45,958 nucleotides of DNA, taken from the NCBI GenBank assembly GCA_945870655.1, contig CAMBSX010000003.1, forward strand, positions 1-45,958, read 5' to 3'. Under the pieces are notes generated by a model that ran no database searches, was not told the DNA's origin, and worked only from the letters and a program-made list of their open reading frames with translations. A program made the translations under genes and the position numbers. Shown piece after piece: positions 8,096 through 16,836 of the stretch. How positions within the stretch are numbered: position 1 is the stretch's first letter; every line of letters starts with the position of its first letter. The DNA comes from Chthoniobacter flavus. Lineage in GTDB: Bacteria; Verrucomicrobiota; Verrucomicrobiia; Chthoniobacterales; JACTMZ01.

Positions 8096-9478
8096 TCAGA
8101 GGACGGATTCCCCGGCCTCAACAGGTTCGGCGCAACGTTTGGCGTGCACGCTGACCACCCGGCGCCCGTCGGTCTGGCTCACCGTGAACTCGTACCCATC
8201 GATGCGCACCGTCTCGCCTTTCTTGGGTAAGTGGCCGAGTTCGTGGGTCAAATAACCGCCGATCGTACTCACCTCGGTGCTCTCGACTTTCACCCCGATC
8301 AAATCTTCGAGATCGTGCAGCGCCACGCCCCCTTCAAGGACAAACTCGTTTTCACCGACCTTGCGGTATTCCTCTTCGTCGGTGTCGAACTCGTCTTGGA
8401 TTTCGCCGACCAGTTCGGCCAGCACATTGTCGAGCGTAACCACGCCGACCGCACCCCCGTATTCGTCGACCACCACCGCCAAGTGTGCGCCTTTGCCGAG
8501 AAAAAGTTTGAGCAAGCGCTCGAGCGGCATCAACTCCGGCACATGCAGAAGATCGCGCTTGATCGAGGCGAGGTCCGTCCTGTCCGCCTGGATCAGGGCG
8601 AGCAAGTCTTTGATGTGGACCAGACCGACACTGTCGTCAAAACGACCGCGGCAAAGCGGAAACCGCGTATGGCGCGATTCGAGGGCGGCACCGATATTCT
8701 CGTCGAAACTTTCCTCCAGATCGAGGAAGACCACCTCGCCGCGGGGTGTCATGATGTCGCGCACCACACGTTTGCGCAGATCGAGCGCGTTGATCAGGAT
8801 CTCGCGACCCAGGGTGCTGACCGTTCCGCCGTCGCCCTCCGAAGTGTTGCGCAGAAGAGTGCGCAACTCATCCTCCGTATCCTCGCCGGCCAACCGCGGG
8901 TCGGGCGGGGTTCGCAGCACGCTGCGCAAGATCCACCCAGAAGCAAAATCGACCACCCGAACCAGCGGCCGCAGCGTGAAGTGGAACAGCCGCATGGGCC
9001 CCGCCGTCCAAAGCATGATCTTCCGGGCGCGACGGATAGCCAGCAACTTCGGCACTTGTTCGCCGATCACCACGTGAAGGAAAGCGAGCAGGGCAAAGAC
9101 CGCCGCGAAAGCGATGGCCGACACCGCCGCTTCGCTGCCGATCCCGGCCCAATGCAACCACGGCTCGAGTCGTCGGGCCACGAAGGGCGCGCCGACCCAG
9201 CCCAGCCCGAGACTGGTCAAAGTGATGCCGAGTTGCGCTGCCGAGAGGTAGGGCTGCGTGTTCTGCAGCATTTTGCGCACGCGGGCCCCGTTGCGGCGTC
9301 CGCCGAAATCATCCTCCTCGTCCCAGCCGCCGGCGCGAAGCTTCACCATGGCAAACTCGGCCGCGACAAAGAATGCGTTGAGCAAAAGGAGCGCCGCCAC
9401 GGCCAGCAGGCGCAGGCCCGCGCCATCAGCCACCTCCGGAAAGGCAGAGGCCAAGGATAGAATGGGGGGGAAATTCAT
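8096..9478 (-). CDS. Hemolysin/CorC-family protein (CNNM + 2 CBS + CorC_HlyC)
   Basis: LNAFFVAAEFA, QLGITLTSLGLGWVG, GEQVPK, IMTPR, HTRFP, VVDEYGG, LVGEIQDEFD, STIGG. Confidence 0.92.
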   Translation of the reverse strand: MNFPPILSLASAFPEVADGAGLRLLAVAALLLLNAFFVAAEFAMVKLRAGGWDEEDDFGGRRNGARVRKMLQNTQPYLSAAQLGITLTSLGLGWVGAPFVARRLEPWLHWAGIGSEAAVSAIAFAAVFALLAFLHVVIGEQVPKLLAIRRARKIMLWTAGPMRLFHFTLRPLVRVVDFASGWILRSVLRTPPDPRLAGEDTEDELRTLLRNTSEGDGGTVSTLGREILINALDLRKRVVRDIMTPRGEVVFLDLEESFDENIGAALESRHTRFPLCRGRFDDSVGLVHIKDLLALIQADRTDLASIKRDLLHVPELMPLERLLKLFLGKGAHLAVVVDEYGGAVGVVTLDNVLAELVGEIQDEFDTDEEEYRKVGENEFVLEGGVALHDLEDLIGVKVESTEVSTIGGYLTHELGHLPKKGETVRIDGYEFTVSQTDGRRVVSVHAKRCAEPVEAGESVL

Positions 9479-9578
9479 TGTCGGTTCGATCACGCTGATC
9501 AATAAAAGGCCGGAGCATCCGCTCCGGCGCGCGATCGACAACATCGGCGGCACCGGGCGGCGCCGCGCGGGGCACCAG

Positions 9579-9848
9579 CTACCAGCTTGCTTTGGTTACG
9601 CCCGGGATCAAGCCCGCACAGGCCAGCTCGCGGAAAGTAAGGCGGGACATTTGGAATTCACGGATGAAAGCACGTTTGCGGCCGGAAACACGGCAACGAT
9701 TCGACAAACGCACCGGACTGGCATCGCGGGGCAACTGGGCCAAAGCGAGGTAGTCGCCTTTCTTTTTTAGCTCCGCGCGCACCGCGGCGTGCTTGGCCAC
9801 CGTTTTGCGTTTGCGCTTTTCGCGCTCTGTCCATGCTGTCTTTGCCAT
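9579..9848 (-). CDS. rpsN: 30S ribosomal protein S14 (89 aa, zinc-independent type)
   Basis: MAK...LAQLPRDASPVRLSNRCRVSGRKRAFIREFQMSRLTFRELA...PGVTKASW. Confidence 0.96.
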   Translation of the reverse strand: MAKTAWTEREKRKRKTVAKHAAVRAELKKKGDYLALAQLPRDASPVRLSNRCRVSGRKRAFIREFQMSRLTFRELACAGLIPGVTKASW

Positions 9849-10034
9849 ATGATTAAAAAGTAGTTGGGTATTATGCATCGGACAGGACTCCGGGGCAAGG
9901 CCTAAATGGGCGGAAGGACAAAAAGCTCCGGTCGGGAGCGAAATAATTGACACCCTCCGGATGAAGGTTAATTCTGATCAACTTGGCTAACGAGAGCCTT
10001 GCGCATCGTAGTCGCCCCGAGAAAACATCCCGCC

Positions 10035-10826
10035 ATGAACGAGCCCAAAAAAGAAACTGTTCGCATCGTCCTCCCGCCCCGCCTTGACGGAAAGCCGGGT
10101 GCCGCCAACCCCCGAGAAGCCGCGATGGTCAATCTGCCTCCCAAGCCCCTGCCAACCGCGACCGGCGCCCCACCAACCATGCCCTCGCCCCCGAAAGCCG
10201 GCATGTCGGCCACCCCGGGCGGCATCATGCCACCGGCACCACCCAAACCCTTTGCCATGCCGTCCATGCCCAAGCCTGGGATGACCGCCACTCCTCCGGC
10301 CCCGTCGATACCCAAGCCACCCGGTGCCCCTGCTGCCCCCAGCGCGGCACCCCTTCCTCCCCAGCCGTTGGGCACCGGACCCGCCGGAGTGCCCAAGCCA
10401 CCGGCACCAGCCGCGCCGAAACCGCCAGCGCCTGGGGCCCCATCCGCGCTGGCCGCACCCAAGCCCCCTTCCGCTCCACTTCCGTCCGCCGCTCCGTCCT
10501 CCGGCGGGACCATGCCTCCCAGACCGGTATCCGCGGCGCCCAAGCCCGCGGTGGCACCTCCTGCCGCGCTCAAACCCGCTTCCGCGGCCGAGGCGAAAAA
10601 AAGCACCTCCAAGGTCGATGTGGCCCCGTCCCGTCCCACCCCGCAGGCCACGGTAAAAATTGCCCCGGCCAGCGCCGCAGCAACTCCGGCCCCGGCGATC
10701 AAGACCGCCGTGCCAGCTGAAGTCTCAACCGGCGACGCCCCCGATTCACTCACCGGCATCCTCGCTATTGCTGCGACTGTAGCCGCCCTCGCCGCCGTCG
10801 GCATCCAAGTGTGGATGTTCCTTTAA
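10035..10826 (+). CDS. Pro/Ala-rich disordered protein with C-terminal membrane anchor
   Basis: ATG at 10035; a long low-complexity PxxP region and a single C-terminal TM helix (ILAIAATVAALAAVGIQVWMFL). It lies 28 bp upstream of trxA. Confidence 0.75.
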   Translation: MNEPKKETVRIVLPPRLDGKPGAANPREAAMVNLPPKPLPTATGAPPTMPSPPKAGMSATPGGIMPPAPPKPFAMPSMPKPGMTATPPAPSIPKPPGAPAAPSAAPLPPQPLGTGPAGVPKPPAPAAPKPPAPGAPSALAAPKPPSAPLPSAAPSSGGTMPPRPVSAAPKPAVAPPAALKPASAAEAKKSTSKVDVAPSRPTPQATVKIAPASAAATPAPAIKTAVPAEVSTGDAPDSLTGILAIAATVAALAAVGIQVWMFL

Positions 10827-10854
10827 AACCACAAACCAACCCACGACCCAAAAC

Positions 10855-11184
10855 ATGGCCAGCACCAACGTTCTGCAACTCAACGACAGCAATTTCGACA
10901 GCGAAATCAACAAAGGCTCCATCCCCGTCTTGGTCGATTTTTGGGCCCCTTGGTGCGGTCCCTGCCGCATGATCGCCCCGGTTCTCGACAAAATCGCCGA
11001 TGCCACAGTCGGCAAAGCCGTGGTGGCCAAAGTCAACGTCGACGAAGCCCCCGGGGTGGCCAGCCGCTTCCGCGTCTCCTCGATCCCCACTCTGCTTTTC
11101 TTCAAGAACGGCGAGGTCAACGGCCAAGTTGTCGGCCTGCAAAGCGAAGCCGATCTGACCGCAAAGCTTACCGCCTTGATGTAG
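10855..11184 (+). CDS. trxA: Thioredoxin
   Basis: VLVDFWAPWCGPCRMIAP; SIPTLLFFKNG. Confidence 0.97.
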   Translation: MASTNVLQLNDSNFDSEINKGSIPVLVDFWAPWCGPCRMIAPVLDKIADATVGKAVVAKVNVDEAPGVASRFRVSSIPTLLFFKNGEVNGQVVGLQSEADLTAKLTALM

Positions 11185-11258
11185 TTGAGCGATGGAAGTA
11201 GAGGGAAAAGAAAAGCTCTCCCCCTCCGATCTCTCAACCCTCAATCCTCAACCCCCGA
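11183..11258 (+). repeat. Degenerate inverted heptamer repeat tract (CTCAAC-type)
   Basis: CTCTCAA-CCCTCAA-TCCTCAA-CCCCCGA (11231-11258), preceded by complementary-type units AGTTGAG and AGTAGAG (11183-11203). Confidence 0.45.
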
Positions 11259-12202
11259 CTCGCCTCGCGCTGCCTGCGGCTTTCGCGAGGGAGACAGCGC
11301 GGCTCGCGGGCGAGGCCAATCTCTACCTCGGCACCTCGTCGTGGAAATACGAGGGCTGGATCGGGCAAGTCTACGACGCGCAGCGCTACCTCACGCGCGG
11401 CAAACTCTCCACCCGCCGATTCGAGAGCGAGTGCCTTGAAGAATACGCCGACACCTTTCCGACTGTCTGCGTCGATGCCGGCTACTACCGTTTTCCCTCC
11501 GATAAATTCCTCGCGGGGCTTTGCGCGCAAGTTCCCGACCATTTCCGGCTGAGTTACAAAGTGACCGACGAAATCACGGTGAAAAAATTTCCCAAGCTCG
11601 AGCGCTTCGGCGACCGCGCCGGAACGGACAACACGCACTTCCTCGACGCCAAACTTTTCGTCGACGCCTTCCTCGGACCGCTCTCACCCCACCGCCGGAA
11701 AACCGGCGTGCTCATCTTCGAGTTCTCCACGTTTTATCCCACGCACTTCGAGCGCCTGCGCGACTTCATCGCCGTGCTGGATGATTTTCTCGGACAACTC
11801 CCCACCGACTGGCAATACGGCGTCGAGGTGCGCAACGCCAAGCTGCTCCGCGCGGAATACTTCGACGTCCTTCGTACCCACAATGTCACCCACGTCTTCA
11901 ACAGCTGGACCAAAATGCCGCCGGTCGAGGAACAGATGGTCCTGCCCGGGGCCTTCACCGCCGATTTCTACGCCGCCCGCTTTCTCCTCCGCCCCGGCCG
12001 CGCCTACCAGCAAGCCGTCGATAGCTTCCAGCCCTACCGCGAGACCAAAGACGCCAGCCCCGAAGCCCGCACCGCGATCAAAAGTCTCATCCAGCGCAGC
12101 AAGACATCGCCCACCCGGCGCCCCAGCTACCTCTTCGTCAACAACCGCCTCGAAGGAAACTCCCCCAACACCCTCGCCGCCGCGCTCGACTTGGTAAGCT
12201 GA
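11192..12202 (+). CDS. DUF72 (YecE) family protein
   Basis: LYLGTSSWKYEGWIG, LEEYADTFPTVCVDAGYYRFP, YGVEVRN, YLFVNN. The start is uncertain because of the repeat tract. Confidence 0.88.
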   Translation: MEVEGKEKLSPSDLSTLNPQPPTRLALPAAFARETARLAGEANLYLGTSSWKYEGWIGQVYDAQRYLTRGKLSTRRFESECLEEYADTFPTVCVDAGYYRFPSDKFLAGLCAQVPDHFRLSYKVTDEITVKKFPKLERFGDRAGTDNTHFLDAKLFVDAFLGPLSPHRRKTGVLIFEFSTFYPTHFERLRDFIAVLDDFLGQLPTDWQYGVEVRNAKLLRAEYFDVLRTHNVTHVFNSWTKMPPVEEQMVLPGAFTADFYAARFLLRPGRAYQQAVDSFQPYRETKDASPEARTAIKSLIQRSKTSPTRRPSYLFVNNRLEGNSPNTLAAALDLVS

Positions 12203-12301
12203 GTTTGTGCCGGTGTCAGCCGGCGTAAGCTATCCTCTTCAATCTTCCTCGACTTGACCGCTTCGCTCAGCTCTTCGAGCTGTCTCTCTCGTTGCGCTCG
12301 G

Positions 12302-13150
12302 CTATGGCTTGTCTTTTTCTTTGGCCATCAGGAAACGCAACGCCACCGGCAAGCGCTTGGCCCAGGCCTTTTCGTTGTGCTCGTCGCCCTCGCCCGGATT
12401 CCACAGCAAATCCTCCCCCTCCACATACCCCTGTTCCAATAAAGCCCCACGCACCGCCAACACATCCTCCCAGTAATCCCCCGAGAGATTCCCTCGCTCC
12501 TTCGTCCCCATATCCAGGTAAATCCGCAACCCGTCCTTCTTGGCCCCCTCCATCACCGCCTTGGTAAAATTCGGACTCGTCCAGAATGCCGGCGAGAAAA
12601 CCCCCACCGCCCCGAACGCCTCCGTATTCAGTCCGAGCCAAAGCGAAACCACCCCGCCCATCGACGCGCCCGCCACGGCAGTGTTTTCGCGGTCCGGCAA
12701 GGTCCGGTATTTCGCATCGATGCCCGACTTGACTTTCCCGACCAAGAAATTCGCATAGCGATTGCAAACGCCATCCCCTCGCCGGGGATCTCGTGGATTG
12801 GAGTCGGCCGGCGGTTGGTATTCGGTCATGCGCGCCTTGCCCATGTCCGCCTCATTATTCGGAACGGCCACCAAGATGGCCTCCCCCATCCGCCCAGCCT
12901 TGATTTCCGCTAATGCCGCATCCTCGGCAAACCAGCATCCGAACGGCCCACCCGGACGGAACACATTCTGCCCGTCATGGAAATAGAGCACCGGATACCT
13001 CTCGTCCCCCGTGTTATAGTCCGGCGGCAGCCACACGCGCACCTCCCGCGAAGGAATCAGAGGGTCGTCCGACTCGATGAATACCGTTTCCATCCGCCCG
13101 CCCGCCCAGGCATTCACAACCAAGAAAAGCAACATCTGAAGCACCACCAT
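12302..13150 (-). CDS. Alpha/beta hydrolase, putative esterase (IroE/Fes-like), probably exported
   Basis: VWLPPDY...YPVLYFHDGQNVF, GASMGG nucleophile elbow, YLDMGTKE, HNEKAW. The start is approximate and precedes a hydrophobic leader. Confidence 0.85.
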   Translation of the reverse strand: MVVLQMLLFLVVNAWAGGRMETVFIESDDPLIPSREVRVWLPPDYNTGDERYPVLYFHDGQNVFRPGGPFGCWFAEDAALAEIKAGRMGEAILVAVPNNEADMGKARMTEYQPPADSNPRDPRRGDGVCNRYANFLVGKVKSGIDAKYRTLPDRENTAVAGASMGGVVSLWLGLNTEAFGAVGVFSPAFWTSPNFTKAVMEGAKKDGLRIYLDMGTKERGNLSGDYWEDVLAVRGALLEQGYVEGEDLLWNPGEGDEHNEKAWAKRLPVALRFLMAKEKDKP

Positions 13151-13376
13151 CACCGGCCAGAGCCGTTTCCTAAGCCCCTCCCAAAGCTTCCCCGCCGCAG
13201 AGCCCGCTGGCCTCTCCAAGCCGTATGGCTCCACGAGCAAGAGGCCAGCGGGCCGTGGCAAAAGTCTGACTCGAAAACTCAATTCCTCTCTCTGCCCTCC
13301 CCATCACCTCCGGTCAATCCGGATCGCACGCAAAAGCAGAAAGTCTGCCGCGGTTCACCGCGCCTCACGACCCACC

Positions 13377-14705
13377 TCAATGCGGGCCGAGGCGTTCCAC
13401 CATCCAGCGCAAGCCGCCGAGTCCCGGCAGGAAAAGGTGCTCCCCCCCGCGGGTCTGCGAGAAAGCAGCCAGCCCCTTGTAACGGTGTCGCGGACGCGGG
13501 ACCGCGAATTCGTCAGAGCGGTCACGGCGCCCGGCAATCGGGTCGGATCGCTCACCTTGGGAAATGAAGTCCCCATCGTTGATCCATTGCGACTGCACAA
13601 ACTCAAACTGACGACCCGGGTTGGCGTTGATGATGGCGAGGACAAGCCCCCGATCAACCCCATCGTCCTCGGTCACGCCCTCGGGGAGCACAGGACCATA
13701 GGCCGAGCCACGGCGGAGAAGCCGGTGCAGACGCATGTCGACCACGGTTCCATCAAGTGCATCGCGCGGGTTGACGCGGCGGATGTGGCAACCGGGCGCC
13801 GTACGGTCGCCATCCGGATCCTCAGTACGGAAACTAAAGTCGTTGTTTCTCATCGGATCCTTGGCAATTTCCGGGTCATCTTTTTCCGGTGAGAGCGCCA
13901 TAGGACATCCGCTCCGCCACCGCCCCATCATTTGCGCCGCAACCAATTCCCGACCGTCGGAGGTTTCCGCATTGTCACGGAGAAAGCGGCGGAAAGCCGC
14001 GACGTCCTGATGGATCTTGCGCAAGGAAATGTAGGTGCTGTTCCGCCAAAAATCTTCCGGTCCTGGCCCCGAAGCAATCACTCCGAGTTCGTTTTCATAG
14101 CCGAGCACGAACTCTCCGGCTTTGGCCACCGGTTGCCCCGGCAACGGGTCGCCTCCCTGACCCTCGATGTATGGACGGGAAATGCCGTCGACAAAACCAA
14201 AGTGCTCGCGGCCGGTCGGCGGCAAGCCGACATCAAGCCGGTTGACTGTACGCACCCCCCCCAAGCCGGCCACCGCCTCGCGACCGATGGCGGCCTTTGC
14301 GTCGCGCAACTCCGGCGAGCCCGCCATGATGAGCAAGCCGATGTCCAGCCCGTTGCCTCCATGCGGCATGTCCCAGTGCGACGGGTCGTTGAGGCCGACA
14401 TCACCGAGGAATTCCTTACGCGCCGCCATACCTTGGATGAATTCGCGCGGGAACCCGTCCAGGATTTCGCGAGGCAGGCCAAGCTTGCGGAGGCCTTCCC
14501 AGGAAAAAGTTGCGTTGATCCACGCATTCTCGGGCGGCGCATCCCAGTTAGCCGCGGGAGTTATGTGCGGAAGCAGGCGCTTGATCAGTGTGATGGCGTT
14601 TCCTGCATCGTCGATCGTGAAAACATAGTACGTGCCGAAATACGGCATCGGCCTCGAACGGAGGACGGTGCCCTGGATATCTTCCAGCTCAAGTTCAACC
14701 GCCAT
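13377..14705 (-). CDS. Dye-decolorizing (DyP-type) heme peroxidase
   Basis: DIQG, EHFGFVDGISRP (GxxDG), GEFVLGY, GRWRSG, HIRRVNPRD (proximal His), LLRRGSAYG, QFEFVQSQW. Confidence 0.92.
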   Translation of the reverse strand: MAVELELEDIQGTVLRSRPMPYFGTYYVFTIDDAGNAITLIKRLLPHITPAANWDAPPENAWINATFSWEGLRKLGLPREILDGFPREFIQGMAARKEFLGDVGLNDPSHWDMPHGGNGLDIGLLIMAGSPELRDAKAAIGREAVAGLGGVRTVNRLDVGLPPTGREHFGFVDGISRPYIEGQGGDPLPGQPVAKAGEFVLGYENELGVIASGPGPEDFWRNSTYISLRKIHQDVAAFRRFLRDNAETSDGRELVAAQMMGRWRSGCPMALSPEKDDPEIAKDPMRNNDFSFRTEDPDGDRTAPGCHIRRVNPRDALDGTVVDMRLHRLLRRGSAYGPVLPEGVTEDDGVDRGLVLAIINANPGRQFEFVQSQWINDGDFISQGERSDPIAGRRDRSDEFAVPRPRHRYKGLAAFSQTRGGEHLFLPGLGGLRWMVERLGPH

Positions 14706-14721
14706 GGCAGTTGCTCCGGCG

Positions 14722-15237
14722 TCAGTTGGCCGCGTCGAGCATCTCGTTGACCGCCTCGGAGAGGCGCCGCATCTTGGCGATGTCCTTGATCGTCAGGTCA
14801 GGGTTGGCCGCATAGAAGGCATCCGCCGTGTAAGCCTGCCGCTCGATAAGCTTGGCTGTCGCCGGGTCTGCCGCACAGGTGAATCCCTCCCAAACCCCGG
14901 GCATGAGCAGATCAAACCACGGGCCGGCCTGGGTCACGACGTCTTGCAGATAGGGCACAAAATCCCCGTCGTAGACGGCAGAAACAAGAATGCGCGTGTC
15001 GTTGTCGAAGAGGATGACGCGGAAGTCATGGACCGTGCCAATCCGCTTCTCCCAATAGCCGGCTTCGGCTTGGAAACGGGCGATGCGGTCGCGGAAAAGT
15101 TTGCCGCCTCCCGGCACCACGTTGCCGATGACATGGATCTCGCCGCGCTTGCCGATCCGCTTGCCCGGACCGTCGGGCTGGTTGGAGGAGGGCTGGGTTA
15201 GCGCTGCTTTTTCCGGGGAGATATCAAGGTTGCTCAT
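14722..15237 (-). CDS. Conserved hypothetical protein of a type found beside DyP peroxidases
   Basis: Globular 171 aa protein with IGTVHDFRVILFDNDTRILVSAVYDGDF; 16 bp upstream of the DyP start. Confidence 0.75.
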   Translation of the reverse strand: MSNLDISPEKAALTQPSSNQPDGPGKRIGKRGEIHVIGNVVPGGGKLFRDRIARFQAEAGYWEKRIGTVHDFRVILFDNDTRILVSAVYDGDFVPYLQDVVTQAGPWFDLLMPGVWEGFTCAADPATAKLIERQAYTADAFYAANPDLTIKDIAKMRRLSEAVNEMLDAAN

Positions 15238-15270
15238 AAGTTGTGGTTGTGGTGGTTGGGTTTTCCGGCT

Positions 15271-15648
15271 TCAGGCCGAAGGAAAGGGCTTCGTGGCGAT
15301 AAACTCGCGCTGCTCGCAGATGCGGCCATCGCGCCAGGTGCAAACCACACCGAGCAGTGCGCTGAGCTTTTCGCCGGCGAGCGATATTCCAGTGGTCAGC
15401 GCGACCGAGCAGGTGCGCGTTCCCGCGGCATCAGAAAAAAGCTGCAGGTAGGGATCGATATGGATGAGATTGTCCGGATACTCGCGACAAAAGGCCTGCC
15501 CCCGCCGGAGGTGCTCCTCAAGATCGTGCGGTGCGGTATCCGCATCCATCCACCCACGGAAGTCGGGCGCGAAATGCGCCCTGTAGTCATCCCAACGGCG
15601 CTCGTTCCAAGCTACGTCCACCGCGCGCATTTTGTCGGCTAGGCTCAT
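15271..15648 (-). CDS. SnoaL-like / NTF2-fold protein
   Basis: AWNERRWDDYRAHFAPD...YPDN...WRDGRICEQREF. Its ATG overlaps the stop of the catalase gene (ATGA). Confidence 0.8.
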   Translation of the reverse strand: MSLADKMRAVDVAWNERRWDDYRAHFAPDFRGWMDADTAPHDLEEHLRRGQAFCREYPDNLIHIDPYLQLFSDAAGTRTCSVALTTGISLAGEKLSALLGVVCTWRDGRICEQREFIATKPFPSA

Positions 15649-16613
15649 TGCCCGGCGCCGGCGATGGCGGCAAAAGGACAGGATTTCCATCCCCCGGTTC
15701 TTTGCGCGGCGGAGACTTCGTAAATACCCCGCCGGATCTGCAGGATCGGATCGTCAGTGGCCTCGATGCCGTCGGTCAGAACAGTCGGATCGTGGTTCAT
15801 CACAAGGTCGCCGATTTCCGCTTCGGTGGTCGGCGCCACCACGCGCAGGCGGCCAACCGTCTCCCGCCGACGGCCTTCGGGCCACAGGGCGGTTGCGTCG
15901 TTGATCGGGTCTCCCGGTTCGGCAAACTCGAGGACAAGGTCCCACTCGACCGGACCTTGCGCCACTTGGGCTTCAAGATCATTGAAGAGAACCTCAGCGT
16001 CTTCGGCTGACAGTTCTTTGACCTCCCTAAATCGGACGCCGGCCACCGGTTCCCAGTGGCAGCGCACCACGGTCTCCGTCCCATCCTCGGCAATCCACCG
16101 GAAGGCATGCACGGCATGGAAGGCGCACCAAGGAAAGCCCGCGGGCGCGGGGGTCTGGGAACGCATCTGCAAGACGGCCGCCGTGTTCGGGTTCCGGGCA
16201 ACAAAGGCCATCAACCCTTCCTTGTTCATTGGCCCGCCGGGCGCGAGGGGCAACGCGGCTTCGAGAATGCCGTGCAATTGCTCCAAGGAATTCACCACGA
16301 AAAGCAGTTGGCTGAGCATGACCAGATTCGTTACCCGGCCATTGGGAAGGTAAAAGCGGACCGCCATGCCGACCGTGTTCCCGAAATGGGCAAAAGGGTC
16401 GCCACCGCCCTTGGAGACACGCACGGTAACGGGAACCTCGTCGCCCTGCAGATGGACAGCCCGGGTATATTTTCGGGCGTTCTCGTTGGCCCGGAAGAAA
16501 CCGCGGAACATCCGTCCATCGGCATGAAGGGCGCGGTAACCTTGGAAGTTACCCAGGACAGCGCGGATGTTTTGGACCAGCTCCTCTGCGTCATCGTATT
16601 GGCTGGCGTGCAT
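15645..16613 (-). CDS. Catalase-related heme protein (small SrpA-like catalase/peroxidase)
   Basis: GYRALHADG (distal His), VTVRVSKGGG, GMAVRFYLP, FHAVHAF, DATALWP, DGIEATDDPILQIRRGIYEVS (Arg and proximal Tyr). Confidence 0.88.
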   Translation of the reverse strand: MHASQYDDAEELVQNIRAVLGNFQGYRALHADGRMFRGFFRANENARKYTRAVHLQGDEVPVTVRVSKGGGDPFAHFGNTVGMAVRFYLPNGRVTNLVMLSQLLFVVNSLEQLHGILEAALPLAPGGPMNKEGLMAFVARNPNTAAVLQMRSQTPAPAGFPWCAFHAVHAFRWIAEDGTETVVRCHWEPVAGVRFREVKELSAEDAEVLFNDLEAQVAQGPVEWDLVLEFAEPGDPINDATALWPEGRRRETVGRLRVVAPTTEAEIGDLVMNHDPTVLTDGIEATDDPILQIRRGIYEVSAAQRTGGWKSCPFAAIAGAGQ

Positions 16614-16836
16614 GATGTAGAGCGACCGAAACGGCATGATATGGGACGCGCTCGCACAAGCAAGAGAAGAAACGTCTCATGCCACTCCCAAATCCTCTTG
16701 GCAAAACCTAATCCCGGTCACTGCCTTGCCCGGTGCGCCTTCGAATTTGCTCTCGCTTTGGTCCGACGCCTCCGAAGCGAATTCAGTCGCCGCGTTCGGC
16801 GGATTCCACGATCAAACCCCCGAGCCAAAACCCCGA

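Noticed and set aside
9947-9975. Promoter for the Pro-rich gene/trxA based on a perfect TTGACA
   Set aside because: No convincing -10 hexamer at 16-18 nt spacing, so it is too weak to list as a feature.
10140-10740. Tandem-repeat or CRISPR-like periodicity
   Set aside because: It is explained by Pro/Ala/Lys codons in a low-complexity protein; there are no constant repeats with unique spacers and no cas genes.
13377-13440. Encapsulin cargo-loading peptide on the DyP C-terminus (PGLGGLRW)
   Set aside because: This segment is part of the normal DyP fold end, there is no linker plus GSLxIGSL-type tail, and no encapsulin gene is in the window.
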